Source: Candidatus Eiseniibacteriota bacterium
GTDB lineage: Bacteria > Eisenbacteria > RBG-16-71-46 > CAIMUX01 > VGJL01
DNA: 64,000 bases
Direction: 5' to 3'
Assembly: GCA_963792585.1 (NCBI GenBank)
Contig: CAWBWI010000001.1
Coordinates: forward strand, 1,696,001-1,760,000
The notes under the pieces were generated by a model that was not told the origin of the DNA, did no database searches, and saw nothing but the letters and a program-made list of their open reading frames with translations. This document shows positions 32,421-42,133 of the stretch, in pieces. Position 1 is the stretch's first letter. The number at the start of each line of letters is the position of its first letter. The position numbers and the translations under genes are program-made.

Positions 32421-32522
32421 GGCTGCGCCTATGGATCGGCCGATCTCGGGGTCAGGACCCAATTCGGGGAGACAGCACCCCGTCCCCGGGTTTCGGCCGG
32501 CGGATTCAGGCGGCGTGTCGGC

Positions 32523-33209
32523 TCAAGTTCCACTCGACGGCGCATCCGGGGGCACAGACGGCGGCGTCCCCTCCCCGTTCAGTTCGCGCCAGAGCCATGC
32601 GCGCGCAAAGGTCCAGTCTCGCAAGATCGTGCGGGAGGAGACGCAGAGAACCTCCGCCGTCTCCTCGATCGTGAGCCCGGCGAAGTAGAGCATCTCGACG
32701 ACGCGAACCTTCCGCGCGCCCTCCGTCGCGAGCCGCTCGAGGGCGCGGTGCAGATCGAGCAGATCGACGGGCGAATCCACGTTCCCGAGGAGGCTCTCAC
32801 TCAGGGTGACCCGCTGATCACCGCCTCCGCGCTTTGCCGCCCGTCGCGCCCGCGCCGAATCGATGATCACTCGCCGCATCACCGTGGCTGCGACCGCGAC
32901 CAGATGGCCCTGTCCGTGAGGGGTGAAGCGGCTTTCGCGGGAGAGACGCAGATATGTCTCATGAACCAGCGCGGTGGGCCGCAGCGTTTCGGCCGCAGCC
33001 TCGCCGCGTAGGATGCAGGACGCGAGCGCGCGCATCTCCTGGTAGACGGTGGGAAGGAATTCATCCAAAGAGCGGGAATGATCGAGCGTCGCTCGCCCGA
33101 CAATCTCTTCAACGAATCCCTCGACGACCTCGACATCGGGATCCCGTGAAGAACGCGGATCGTCCGCGCGCCGCCGGCTCGGGCGCTCGGACTCTTCACC
33201 TCGGCTCAC
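32523..33209 (-). CDS. ECF sigma factor, kinase-associated type (TIGR02999-like)
   Basis: 'LPTVYQEMRALA...TLRPTALVHETYLRL', 'MRRVIID.AR.R.A.KRGG', 'FAGLTIEETAEVL', 'RDWTFARAWL'. Start uncertain (GTG 33209 or TTG 33230). Confidence 0.9.
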   Translation of the reverse strand: MSRGEESERPSRRRADDPRSSRDPDVEVVEGFVEEIVGRATLDHSRSLDEFLPTVYQEMRALASCILRGEAAAETLRPTALVHETYLRLSRESRFTPHGQGHLVAVAATVMRRVIIDSARARRAAKRGGGDQRVTLSESLLGNVDSPVDLLDLHRALERLATEGARKVRVVEMLYFAGLTIEETAEVLCVSSRTILRDWTFARAWLWRELNGEGTPPSVPPDAPSSGT

Positions 33210-33237
33210 GGCCTCTCCCTCCCTCCGCAATCCGGCC

Positions 33238-36200
33238 TTACGATGACCCCGGATCGACGAGCGTGATCAGGTCGTACAGGTCCTCGCCCGGCGTGACGCG
33301 GGCCTCGCGCGACAGCTCTTCTTCGCCAAGCTTCTCACGCAGGTCTTGATTCCACTGCGCGAGCATGGCGAGCGTTTCGGGCCGGAACGTAATCTCGCCC
33401 GCCTCCCGGAGTCGCTCAACCGGGGAGAGGATCCGGGCGGCCTGGACATACCGCCCCTCCTGATGCGCGAGCCGGATGCACGTTGCGAGAGCGGAAGCGA
33501 AGGCGGCCCGGTCTCCGACCCGCTTGAGTAGGCGAAGAGTCTGGATCAGGTGGGCTCGGGCCCGATCGAATCGCCCATCGGAGATATCGACGTCGGCGAG
33601 CATCTGGCGTGTCCGCGCTTCTCCATGGATATCGCCATCCGACTCGTGGATGGCGAGCGCCGTCTGCAGAAACTCGTGCGCCCTCTCTCTTTCGCCGAGG
33701 ACAATGGAGGTGTATCCGAGGTTCGTGAGAGCTTTCGCCTCGGCGAGCCGATCTCCCAACTCCCTGGAAATTGCGAGGTACCGCTCGCAATGGGTGCGGG
33801 CGGTCTGGTAGTCGTTGCGCGCCCCGGCGACGACGCCCAGGTTCCCGACACAGACGGCCGCGCCGCCCCGATCCCCCGCCTCCTCGAAATAGCGTTTGCT
33901 CTCGAGCAGGAGCGCCTCCGAGGAGGCCGGATCACCCCGATGCAATGCTTCGACCGCGGCCGTCTCGTGCGCGAGCGCGAGCGGTCCAGGTTCTCCCAGC
34001 GAGCGGGCGAGCGCGAGCGATTCCTCGATGACCGGCGCCGCGAGATCCATCTGGTTGAGGAGAACGTGGAGGAGCCCGGCCTGCGCCAGAACGCCAACCT
34101 CCGCATGACGATCCTCATCGCCCCAGGATGGATGAGGGACTTCCGCGCGGGCGGCCAGCAGCCGGTCGAGCCACCCGAGCCCCTCGATCCAGAGTCCCTT
34201 CTGCAGCCAGTAGTACGCCAGCCGGTCGGCGAGAGCGAAGGCCGCGTCGAGCCTGTCGCGGGAGAGGGCGAGATCGATCCCGTTGAGGAGATTCGGATAG
34301 TCCGGCTCGATCCTCCGGACCCACGCGGAGCGGAGCACTAACCTCTCCGGATCGCGCAACGCCGCCGTCGCCCGCAGGCGCTCGAGGTAGCGGGACTCGA
34401 CCTCCGCGCGTTCCCCCGGCTCTTCGTCGAGGCGCTCGGAAGAGAAGGCGCGGATCGTCTCGAGCATCCGGTACCGAGCCGCGGGAGCGGCGTCGCGAGA
34501 GCGCCCGGTGAGCTCCGGCTCGACCAGCGATCGTTCGACCAGGCGGGCCAGGAGGTCGCACACCCTCCACCTTTCGATCCCGCCCCACCCACCGCAGACA
34601 TCCTCGGCGTCGGCGAGCGTACTGCCTCCGCGAAAGACCGAGAGGCGGCGCAGCAGCACCCTCTCCTCGCGCTGTAGCAGACGGTCGCTCCACGACAGCA
34701 ACTCGTGCAGGGATCGATGGCGCGGCGGGGCGGTCGAGAGCTCTCCCGGGAGCGACCGTCCCTCCTCGATGCGGGCAAGGATCTCCTCCAGCGGAAGGGA
34801 ACGCACCGGGGCCGCGGCCAGCTCGATCGCGAGTGCAAGCCCATCCAGGCGACGACATATCCGGACGACCGTTTCGAGATCCTCATCGTTCGGGGAGAAG
34901 CGCGGGTCGCGCGAGCGGGCACGACCGAGAAAGAGCTGGACCGCCTCGCACTCGGCGGCGGGCCCGATCTCCTGCGATTCCGCCGGGATTCCGAGCGGAG
35001 GCACCGGGACGATCTGTTCTCCCGCGATCGCGAGGGGCTGTCGGCTCGTTGCGAGGATCGACACGGCAGGGGCGAGCGTCAGAACCTGCTCCGCGAGGCG
35101 TGCGACCGCCTCAACGAGATGCTCGCAGTTGTCGAGCACGAGCAACGCCGGCTCCCGGTGACAGGCCGCTGCGATGCTCCGTACGAGTCGGTCCGCTTCC
35201 CCGTCCAAGCGGATCTCGCGGATCCCTAGCGCCCGCGCCACAGCGGCCGGGGCCTCCGCACCATCTGTGAGGGCGGCGAGATCGACGAACCAGACCCCAC
35301 CGGGATACATCGATTCGCGCATCGACGCCGCCTCGAGAGAAACTCTCGTCTTGCCGACCCCTCCCGGCCCGATCAAGGTCACAAGCCGACACGCGGCCAG
35401 CGCCTCGGCGAGGGTGTCGAGAAGCGCTCCTCTGCCCACGAAGGATGACAGTGGCAAGGGTAGGTAGCCGCGCTTCCCTCCCACTTCAGCAGCCCGCTCC
35501 GCCTCTCGCTCCAACCTTTGGTGGCGACTCCCGGTGCGCGAAGAAAGAAGCCCCATCGCCCGGGCACGCAGCAACTCCTCTTCGAGCACCTGGCGGGCAA
35601 GGACGGCGCTCGGCCTCCGCGAGGGCTCGGGCTGCAGGCAGTCTCTCAGGAGGTCGCGCAGCGGTTTCGAGATCGTCTCGGGGAGTTGATCGGCCGCCGT
35701 CTCTCCCCGGCGATTCGCCTCCAAGATCTCCCCGAGACTCGTGCCCCGAATTGCCGGCGCCCCGAGGAGACACTCGTGGAGCACGCAGCCGAACGCCCAT
35801 AGGTCGGAGGCGGGGGCGAGCTCCTCTCCCCTGCACTGCTCGGGACTCATGTACCCCGGAGTGCCCCCAACGCGCCGGCGTCCGGACGCAGGGTCAGCCG
35901 AATCGCCGGTGAGCGTGGCCAGACCGAAGTCGAGAACCTTGACCCAACCCTGCGGTGTGATCCGGATATTCTGCGGCTTCAGGTCACGGTGGATGACGGA
36001 GCAGGTGTGCGCCGCCTCGATCGCCGCGGCGATTTGGCGCCCCATGTCCAGACCAAGCTCCGGAGCAAGGGGGCCTTCCTTCAGACGGTGAGCGAGCGTC
36101 ATCCCGGGCACATACTCCATGGTGAGGAACGCGACCACCCCCCCATCTTCGGAGGGGTCCTCCTCGATCGAGTGGACCTGGGCTACGTTCGGATGGAGCA

Positions 36201-36567
36201 CGCTCGCAAGAAGACGCGCTTCCTCGCGTAGCCGGGCCCTTTCCTCCTCCGCGCGCGGGAGGGGAACGAGGGTCTTGATCGCAATCAGGCGATCGAGGTC
36301 CGGGTCCCGCGCGAGATAGACGATTCCCGCTCCGCCTCGATCGATCTCCTCCACGATCTCGTACTTGCCGAAGCGCGCGGGGGGGGACGGCCGCGCCCGT
36401 TCCGGCGGTGCGAGGAACCGAGGCGCGGAGAGAAAAGCGCGCAGAAGACTCTCGAGCTCGTCACGAAGCGCTGGATCGCTTGCGCCGAGCGCCTCGAGTC
36501 TCGCTCGCCGTTCATAGGGAGGAAGCTCGGTCAGCTCGTGGAAGATCTCATCCATGTCGTCCGACAT
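33238..36567 (-). CDS. Cytoplasmic Ser/Thr kinase - P-loop NTPase (COG3903/STAND-like) - TPR protein
   Basis: Kinase motifs 'HRDLKPQN', 'DFGLA', 'GTPGYMSPEQ'; 'GPGGVGKT' Walker A, 'LLVLDNCEH' Walker B, 'LDGLALAIELAA'; C-terminal TPRs; no TM segment. Confidence 0.92.
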   Translation of the reverse strand: MSDDMDEIFHELTELPPYERRARLEALGASDPALRDELESLLRAFLSAPRFLAPPERARPSPPARFGKYEIVEEIDRGGAGIVYLARDPDLDRLIAIKTLVPLPRAEEERARLREEARLLASVLHPNVAQVHSIEEDPSEDGGVVAFLTMEYVPGMTLAHRLKEGPLAPELGLDMGRQIAAAIEAAHTCSVIHRDLKPQNIRITPQGWVKVLDFGLATLTGDSADPASGRRRVGGTPGYMSPEQCRGEELAPASDLWAFGCVLHECLLGAPAIRGTSLGEILEANRRGETAADQLPETISKPLRDLLRDCLQPEPSRRPSAVLARQVLEEELLRARAMGLLSSRTGSRHQRLEREAERAAEVGGKRGYLPLPLSSFVGRGALLDTLAEALAACRLVTLIGPGGVGKTRVSLEAASMRESMYPGGVWFVDLAALTDGAEAPAAVARALGIREIRLDGEADRLVRSIAAACHREPALLVLDNCEHLVEAVARLAEQVLTLAPAVSILATSRQPLAIAGEQIVPVPPLGIPAESQEIGPAAECEAVQLFLGRARSRDPRFSPNDEDLETVVRICRRLDGLALAIELAAAPVRSLPLEEILARIEEGRSLPGELSTAPPRHRSLHELLSWSDRLLQREERVLLRRLSVFRGGSTLADAEDVCGGWGGIERWRVCDLLARLVERSLVEPELTGRSRDAAPAARYRMLETIRAFSSERLDEEPGERAEVESRYLERLRATAALRDPERLVLRSAWVRRIEPDYPNLLNGIDLALSRDRLDAAFALADRLAYYWLQKGLWIEGLGWLDRLLAARAEVPHPSWGDEDRHAEVGVLAQAGLLHVLLNQMDLAAPVIEESLALARSLGEPGPLALAHETAAVEALHRGDPASSEALLLESKRYFEEAGDRGGAAVCVGNLGVVAGARNDYQTARTHCERYLAISRELGDRLAEAKALTNLGYTSIVLGERERAHEFLQTALAIHESDGDIHGEARTRQMLADVDISDGRFDRARAHLIQTLRLLKRVGDRAAFASALATCIRLAHQEGRYVQAARILSPVERLREAGEITFRPETLAMLAQWNQDLREKLGEEELSREARVTPGEDLYDLITLVDPGSS

Positions 36568-36819
36568 ACGGCAATGGTAGAGCATCGACTTCGGGCGGCG
36601 CGCAAGAACGAGAGTCTCGCGCTGCATGGAGCAGACTGTCCGCCGGTCGACCTGCGCATTTCCACGCCTGTGGCCGATGCTTGTGACATTGTGAACTTCC
36701 TCTCGATCAGACGGCGCCGGCCTCCGATTCGTCCATGCTTCGGCGGGCCGGCGCATTCTCCGGCGGTGAGGAAGCGCCCGCAACGGCGGGACCGAGGGAC
36801 CATCTCGAAGCCTGGATGC

Positions 36820-39024
36820 TCAGTTCAACCGGACGATCGCGCGCTTCGCGAGCTCCCGCCCGACCCGGATGCGACAGAAATAGGTCCCGGCCGCGACAGA
36901 CCTTCCCGCGTCGTCGTGTCCGTCCCACTCCACGTTGCGCTCCCCCGCACCCTGACGCTCCGCAACCAGCGTCCGTAGGCGCCGGCCGGCCACGTCGAAG
37001 ATCTCCATCCGCACGAGCGCGTCGCGATCGACGGTATAGTGGATGGTGGTCGACTGGCGGAACGGGTTCGGGTGGTTGCCCAAAAGCGTTCCGTTACCGC
37101 GGACCGTCGCGGCGGCCTCATCGAGGCCCGCCGGCGTGACGATCGAGAAAACGATCCGCACCCGATCTGGATCGCGATAGACCGTGATCTCCTCCACGCG
37201 GACCGACCCGTCCGCATCGACGACGGTCACCCCTGTTTGCAGCATATCCCCATCGCTCACGCGCACGACGCTCCAGTCCACCAGGCTTTCGGGGGCGGGA
37301 AGGAAACGCTGCGGTTTGCGGATCACGAAGCCCGCGGTGACGCTCGCCTGCGGGCAGGAGTCGATAGGAGAGCCTCCACCGCCGATCAAGTAGGCGGTGA
37401 CGCCCCAGCGGGTCGCGGTGTCGACGATCGTCGAGCGCTCCCAATCGTGATATCCGCCCCAAGTCCCCCATGGATCACCTGTGGCCGGATCGCCATCGCC
37501 CGGGTCGGCGCTTTCGGACCGGCCCTGAAAGTCCGAGAACGCGGGAAAGGATTGATCCGATCGGTACAGCATCTGCGTGGCGGCGTCGTCGCGTCGCGTC
37601 TGCTGGTTCGCGGCGATCCCGTGCGACCAATGGCCGTTCCATTGCTCGAGGCCATGCCCGCGCTCGTCCCAGTAGAGGTGGATCCCCCAGCCCTGGGCGT
37701 CCGCTTCCCTGTAATTCGCGACGACGAGCGAGTCCCATCGCATCGTTCCGTTCAAGTCATCCTTACCGCTGAAGACGCGGGTGAACGGCAGGTCTCGCTC
37801 CGGAGAGACATTTGTCGTCATGTCCCAGAGGTCCGCCATTCGCACGATCCCGCCATCGCGATTGATGAGGTTCGTCGGCAAGTTCATCGCGGCGTCGCCG
37901 AACATGGGATGGGGGAATTCGGGTCCGCCGAACCCGTTGTTGAAGATGCAGACGCTCGCGAAGGCGTTCGGGTAGGCCTTCGCGATCTGGTTCGTGCCCG
38001 AGGACCCCATGCTGTGTCCCATGACGGACACCCGATGGCGGTCCACATCCAGACGCCGGATCATCCACTCATTGATCCAGAGCAAGCGTCGCTGCGTATA
38101 GTTGATCACCGTGTCCCCCGGCGCGGGATCGGCCGGCGGCGCAAATGGGTCGTAGTTCTTCCGCCATCCAAAGAACCAGGTGTTCTGATTTGTTTGCGGC
38201 TGACCATCGATGTTGCGGACGAGGCGGTCGTCGTGCGCCACGAGGTACCCCTCGGTGATCCTGAGGTCGATCTCGCGGCGATCTCCGGGAAAGGACTGCT
38301 TGGCGCTACCGTCCCCGCCATGGAGGAACCAGACGGCCGGGAGCAGCCCGCCTCCTGCGCCGCCGACCGGCTCGCTGACGATGAAGACGTGAGGGGCGCC
38401 GTTCTTGTGGAGGTTCGCCATCACGGGAAAGTCGGGTCGGCCGGAGCCTTCGTCATCGCGTCCGTCGACCCACACGCAGTAGATCGTGTACGGGTTGCCC
38501 GCCGGAGTGATACCGCTGACCTGCGCATGGCACTCCACATGATCCGCCGGATCGTAGGCGGCGGTAACAGGAGTGGCGGTGACGCTGTTCGTCACGTCCG
38601 TCTCGCCCCATGGGGCGACCGCATAGTACTTCGACCCCGAGGCGTGCAGGGTCTCGACGAAGAGCCCCTCGTCATCGGCAAGGGTGTACGTGCCCAGGCC
38701 GGTACTGTCGGGGATCGTGTAGGTTTGGTCCGGGTCGCTTGCGTTGAGTTTCAGCCGCCCTCCCGTCCATTCCGCTTCGAACAGCCGGCCGATCATCGTC
38801 GCATCGGCCGTGTTGGTGAAGGGCGCCGGACCGGTGTAGATCGCATATGTCTCGGGAGCCGGGGCGGCGCCTTTCCAGATGATCCAAACCTGCCCATCGG
38901 CGTACCAGGCTCGGACATCGGAAGCGCCCGCGGCCCGCGCTTGGGGCGTCAGCGACCAGAGGGGAGCCGATAGCAACGCCGCCAGGACGAAGGGCCCGTG
39001 GATTCTCGACGTTTTCGTGTACAT
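36820..39024 (-). CDS. Secreted alpha/beta-hydrolase-fold protein with C-terminal FlgD-Ig/CTD-like domain
   Basis: GGAGG RBS; signal peptide; 'FLHGG' and nucleophile elbow 'GHSMG'; 'NHPNPF...FDVAGRRLR...WDGHDDAG..V.AGTYF'. Confidence 0.78.
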   Translation of the reverse strand: MYTKTSRIHGPFVLAALLSAPLWSLTPQARAAGASDVRAWYADGQVWIIWKGAAPAPETYAIYTGPAPFTNTADATMIGRLFEAEWTGGRLKLNASDPDQTYTIPDSTGLGTYTLADDEGLFVETLHASGSKYYAVAPWGETDVTNSVTATPVTAAYDPADHVECHAQVSGITPAGNPYTIYCVWVDGRDDEGSGRPDFPVMANLHKNGAPHVFIVSEPVGGAGGGLLPAVWFLHGGDGSAKQSFPGDRREIDLRITEGYLVAHDDRLVRNIDGQPQTNQNTWFFGWRKNYDPFAPPADPAPGDTVINYTQRRLLWINEWMIRRLDVDRHRVSVMGHSMGSSGTNQIAKAYPNAFASVCIFNNGFGGPEFPHPMFGDAAMNLPTNLINRDGGIVRMADLWDMTTNVSPERDLPFTRVFSGKDDLNGTMRWDSLVVANYREADAQGWGIHLYWDERGHGLEQWNGHWSHGIAANQQTRRDDAATQMLYRSDQSFPAFSDFQGRSESADPGDGDPATGDPWGTWGGYHDWERSTIVDTATRWGVTAYLIGGGGSPIDSCPQASVTAGFVIRKPQRFLPAPESLVDWSVVRVSDGDMLQTGVTVVDADGSVRVEEITVYRDPDRVRIVFSIVTPAGLDEAAATVRGNGTLLGNHPNPFRQSTTIHYTVDRDALVRMEIFDVAGRRLRTLVAERQGAGERNVEWDGHDDAGRSVAAGTYFCRIRVGRELAKRAIVRLN

Positions 39025-39375
39025 GGAAGTCCTCCCGTGCGGACCTCCGCCTTGATCCCCTGACCGCCAAGGGTCGGGCGGGCAAGTCCCCACTTGGGTA
39101 ACGCGAGGACGGCCGTCGAAAACAGACACACGCAATTGCGACTCGGGACGATTTCCTTCCTGAGATGGGCCACCGCGCTCGGCGGCCGCCCCCCCCGTGG
39201 GTTGTCCCCTCCATGGACCCATCTCGTTGCGGCCCCGATCGCATGCAGCATGACGGTGATACGCAAATCCTCTATGATGCGACGTATCAGGAATCAAGCG
39301 CTGCATCGTCGTCCCGGCCACAGGGATCCGTTCGTCCGTGGCGGGTCCCGCCTGCCGGCGGGAAGGAGGGAACCC

Positions 39376-39753
39376 ATGCGATGGATCGCCACTATGTCGT
39401 TGGCGCTGTTGATTTGTCTCCCTGCGTCGAACGCGTCCGCAGGCCGCATCTTCGGCGACATTAAACTGGACGGGAAGCCCGTGCCGGCCGGCATCACGCT
39501 GAGGATTGCCCTCGTGCCGCCGGTCAGCGCTCCCGGCGCCGAGTCCAAACCTGTGACGGTCGTGGCCGATTCCACGGTCACCGACAAGTTCGGTTCCTAC
39601 AAGCTCACCGTCAAGGAAGAGGGAAAGTGCATTCTTACCCTCGTGTACGAGAAGCAGGCTTACTCGCTCGAGGTCTTCTCATACAAGCAGGCGACCCGCT
39701 ACGACATGATCCTCGAGAAGAAGGACGGCACGCTGGCACTGAGAAGGAGGTGA
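39376..39753 (+). CDS. Small secreted hypothetical protein (carboxypeptidase-regulatory/transthyretin-like beta-sandwich?)
   Basis: AGGAGG RBS; signal peptide ending ASA; 'GRIFGDI..DGKP', 'TDKFGSY'. Confidence 0.65.
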   Translation: MRWIATMSLALLICLPASNASAGRIFGDIKLDGKPVPAGITLRIALVPPVSAPGAESKPVTVVADSTVTDKFGSYKLTVKEEGKCILTLVYEKQAYSLEVFSYKQATRYDMILEKKDGTLALRRR

Positions 39754-39760
39754 GCGGAAC

Positions 39761-40660
39761 ATGAGCGAGGGACCCGTCACGAAGCGGGACACGTGGGACA
39801 AGATCGACATTCTCATGCGCCCGATGGGTGGGTTGCTGACGGCGGTGGCCATCACCGTCCTCGGGTTCATCACGTCGAACGCCCTCAGTCAGCGGCAGGC
39901 GATCGACACGAATACACGCCTCTATACCGAACTGATGAGTCGCCGCGAGGAGGCGGAAAGCGCGCTCCGCAAGGACATGTGTGTCTCCATCATCAACTCC
40001 TTCGTGAACCCGCGCGACACCGGGCTCAGCGCCTCCGTGCTCAATCTCGAGATGCTCGCCTACAACTTCCATGAGTCACTCAATCTGAAGCCGCTGTTCA
40101 CGGAGATGCGGCGGCGTGTCGTCCGCGAACGGGAAGAGGCCAAGACGGATGCGGCCCGCGCGGAGGACGACGCATACCTCGACCGACTGGAGAGCATGGC
40201 GCGAGAGATCGTGCGCCGGCAGATGATCGTGCTGGAAGGCGTCGGCAAGAGGTTCGACCGCACGATCGACCTTTCGGGTGATCCCGGCGGAACCAGTCTG
40301 GAGCCGGAGACGCTGACGCTCGACGGAGTTTCGACGACATTTGCGATCGACGTCCTGGATGTCGATCGGGCGAACCGCGAGATTCGGATCGGCCTCAACA
40401 TCGAGACCCCGGATCCCGAACTGGGTCGCCAGACGAAGGTGGCGACCTTCGGCGTCACCTATTTCGACTTCCCGATGATCGACAACACGCGGCTCGTCGG
40501 CGGCCAGCGCTGCTCGGTGGTGTTGAACGACATCTCCGACCAGTCCGCCGACATCACGCTCGTGCTCTTCCCCGGGACGTATGCAAGCCTGAAGGAGAAA
40601 CCGTACTACAACGAGGTCATCGAGAATGTGTTGACTGCGAACAGGCGGCTAACACGTTGA
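39761..40660 (+). CDS. Hypothetical single-pass membrane protein
   Basis: AGGAGG 7-13 nt upstream; 'RDTWDK' then one TM helix; long ORF with typical codon usage. Confidence 0.75.
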   Translation: MSEGPVTKRDTWDKIDILMRPMGGLLTAVAITVLGFITSNALSQRQAIDTNTRLYTELMSRREEAESALRKDMCVSIINSFVNPRDTGLSASVLNLEMLAYNFHESLNLKPLFTEMRRRVVREREEAKTDAARAEDDAYLDRLESMAREIVRRQMIVLEGVGKRFDRTIDLSGDPGGTSLEPETLTLDGVSTTFAIDVLDVDRANREIRIGLNIETPDPELGRQTKVATFGVTYFDFPMIDNTRLVGGQRCSVVLNDISDQSADITLVLFPGTYASLKEKPYYNEVIENVLTANRRLTR

Positions 40661-40744
40661 ATTCGGCCGGTTAGGTCCGAGACCGGCGCCTCGAGGAAGG
40701 CACGCGGAGCTTTCGCTCCACTCAGGGAGAGGGGCCTGATCCGA

Positions 40745-42133
40745 ATGGGTCTTTCGCGGACTGGGGTGTCACCGTTCCGGAGGTTCTTCTTCGAGACGAG
40801 TCTGGGTATGACTCGCCCATGGAGGCGCAACCTGGAGGGGCTCCGGCGCGGGCAGGCCCTAGGTGAGGAAGGAACGCGGAAGCTACAAGGACGGCTTCTC
40901 GAACAACTCCTTGAGCACGCTGCTCATCATGTCCCCTACTATCACGATCTCTTTGCAGCGCACGGCCTGCTGAGCGGCGGACGGGTCCGGATCGGCTCTC
41001 TGGCGGAGCTTCCGTGCTTGGATCGTGCGACCCTGCGTCACGAGTTCGATCGACTCCGTTCCGATGACCTCGCCCAGAGATCCTGGACGGTGAACAGCAC
41101 GGGAGGTTCGACGGGAGAACCGGTTCGATTCATTCAAGATCGTGAATCGGGTTTCTGGCGCGCCGCCGTTGAGCACCTCTTCGACGAATGGGCGGGAGTC
41201 CCTTTCGGCACGCGACGAGTCCGGCTGTGGGGGTCGGAGCGTGATCTCTTCGTCGGCCGGGAGCCTCTCAAGGTCCGCCTCTACAGATGGCGGAGGAACG
41301 AGATCTCGCTGAACTCCTTCCGGATGACTCCGGCGCAGATGCGAACATACACGGAACGGATCAACGCGTGGCGTCCGGGCCACATCGTGGGTTACGCGGA
41401 CAGCCTCTATGAATTCTCACGATTCCTAGAACGTTCCGGCCTCACCGTCAATCCGCCGGATTCGATCATGAGTTCATCCGGCACCCTCCTCCCCCACCAG
41501 CGCGAGACGATCGAGCGCATCTTTCGGGCTCCCGTATTCAACCGCTATGCCTCACGGGAGTTTGGCGGCATCGCGAGCGAGGACGGGACGCACGACGGCC
41601 TGGTCGTGGCCGCGCCCCACACATGCGTGGAAGTTCTCCGGCCTGACGGCTCGCCCGCCGGGCCGCTCGAGGAAGGAGAGGTGGTGATCACCTCCCTGAC
41701 GAACTACGCCATGCCGCTCATCCGTTATCGGATCGGCGACCTGGCTTGTCCGGCGGAGCACGGGTCCGCGAGAACCGGCTGGCCGGTCCTCGCGCAGGTC
41801 ACGGGACGTGTCACCGACACGTTCGTGCGCCCCGACGGCGGGGTGGTCTCTTCCCTCTACTTCATCCATCTGGTGGGAGTCATCCTGAGGGCTGGATGGA
41901 TCCGCAGATTCCAGGTGATCCAGGAGGAACCTTCCCGAATCATCGTCAACCTGGTCCTCGAGCCCCCTTTCACGGAGGACAGCCCAGACTTCCTCCTGGG
42001 AACCCGGGAGCTCACGGACAAGATCCGTCTCGCCATGGGCGAGGACTGCAGGGTTGAATTCCAGGTTCGAGAGGGAATCCCCACGGAGTCATCCGGGAAA
42101 TTCCGGTACGCCATCAGCCGCGTCGCGCGGTGA
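40745..42133 (+). CDS. Phenylacetate-CoA-ligase-like (CapK-type) adenylating enzyme
   Basis: 'VPYY', P-loop 'STGGSTGEP', 'NRYASRE', 'TSLTNYAMPLIRYRIGD', 'GRVTD', 'SGKFR'. Start uncertain. Confidence 0.85.
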   Translation: MGLSRTGVSPFRRFFFETSLGMTRPWRRNLEGLRRGQALGEEGTRKLQGRLLEQLLEHAAHHVPYYHDLFAAHGLLSGGRVRIGSLAELPCLDRATLRHEFDRLRSDDLAQRSWTVNSTGGSTGEPVRFIQDRESGFWRAAVEHLFDEWAGVPFGTRRVRLWGSERDLFVGREPLKVRLYRWRRNEISLNSFRMTPAQMRTYTERINAWRPGHIVGYADSLYEFSRFLERSGLTVNPPDSIMSSSGTLLPHQRETIERIFRAPVFNRYASREFGGIASEDGTHDGLVVAAPHTCVEVLRPDGSPAGPLEEGEVVITSLTNYAMPLIRYRIGDLACPAEHGSARTGWPVLAQVTGRVTDTFVRPDGGVVSSLYFIHLVGVILRAGWIRRFQVIQEEPSRIIVNLVLEPPFTEDSPDFLLGTRELTDKIRLAMGEDCRVEFQVREGIPTESSGKFRYAISRVAR

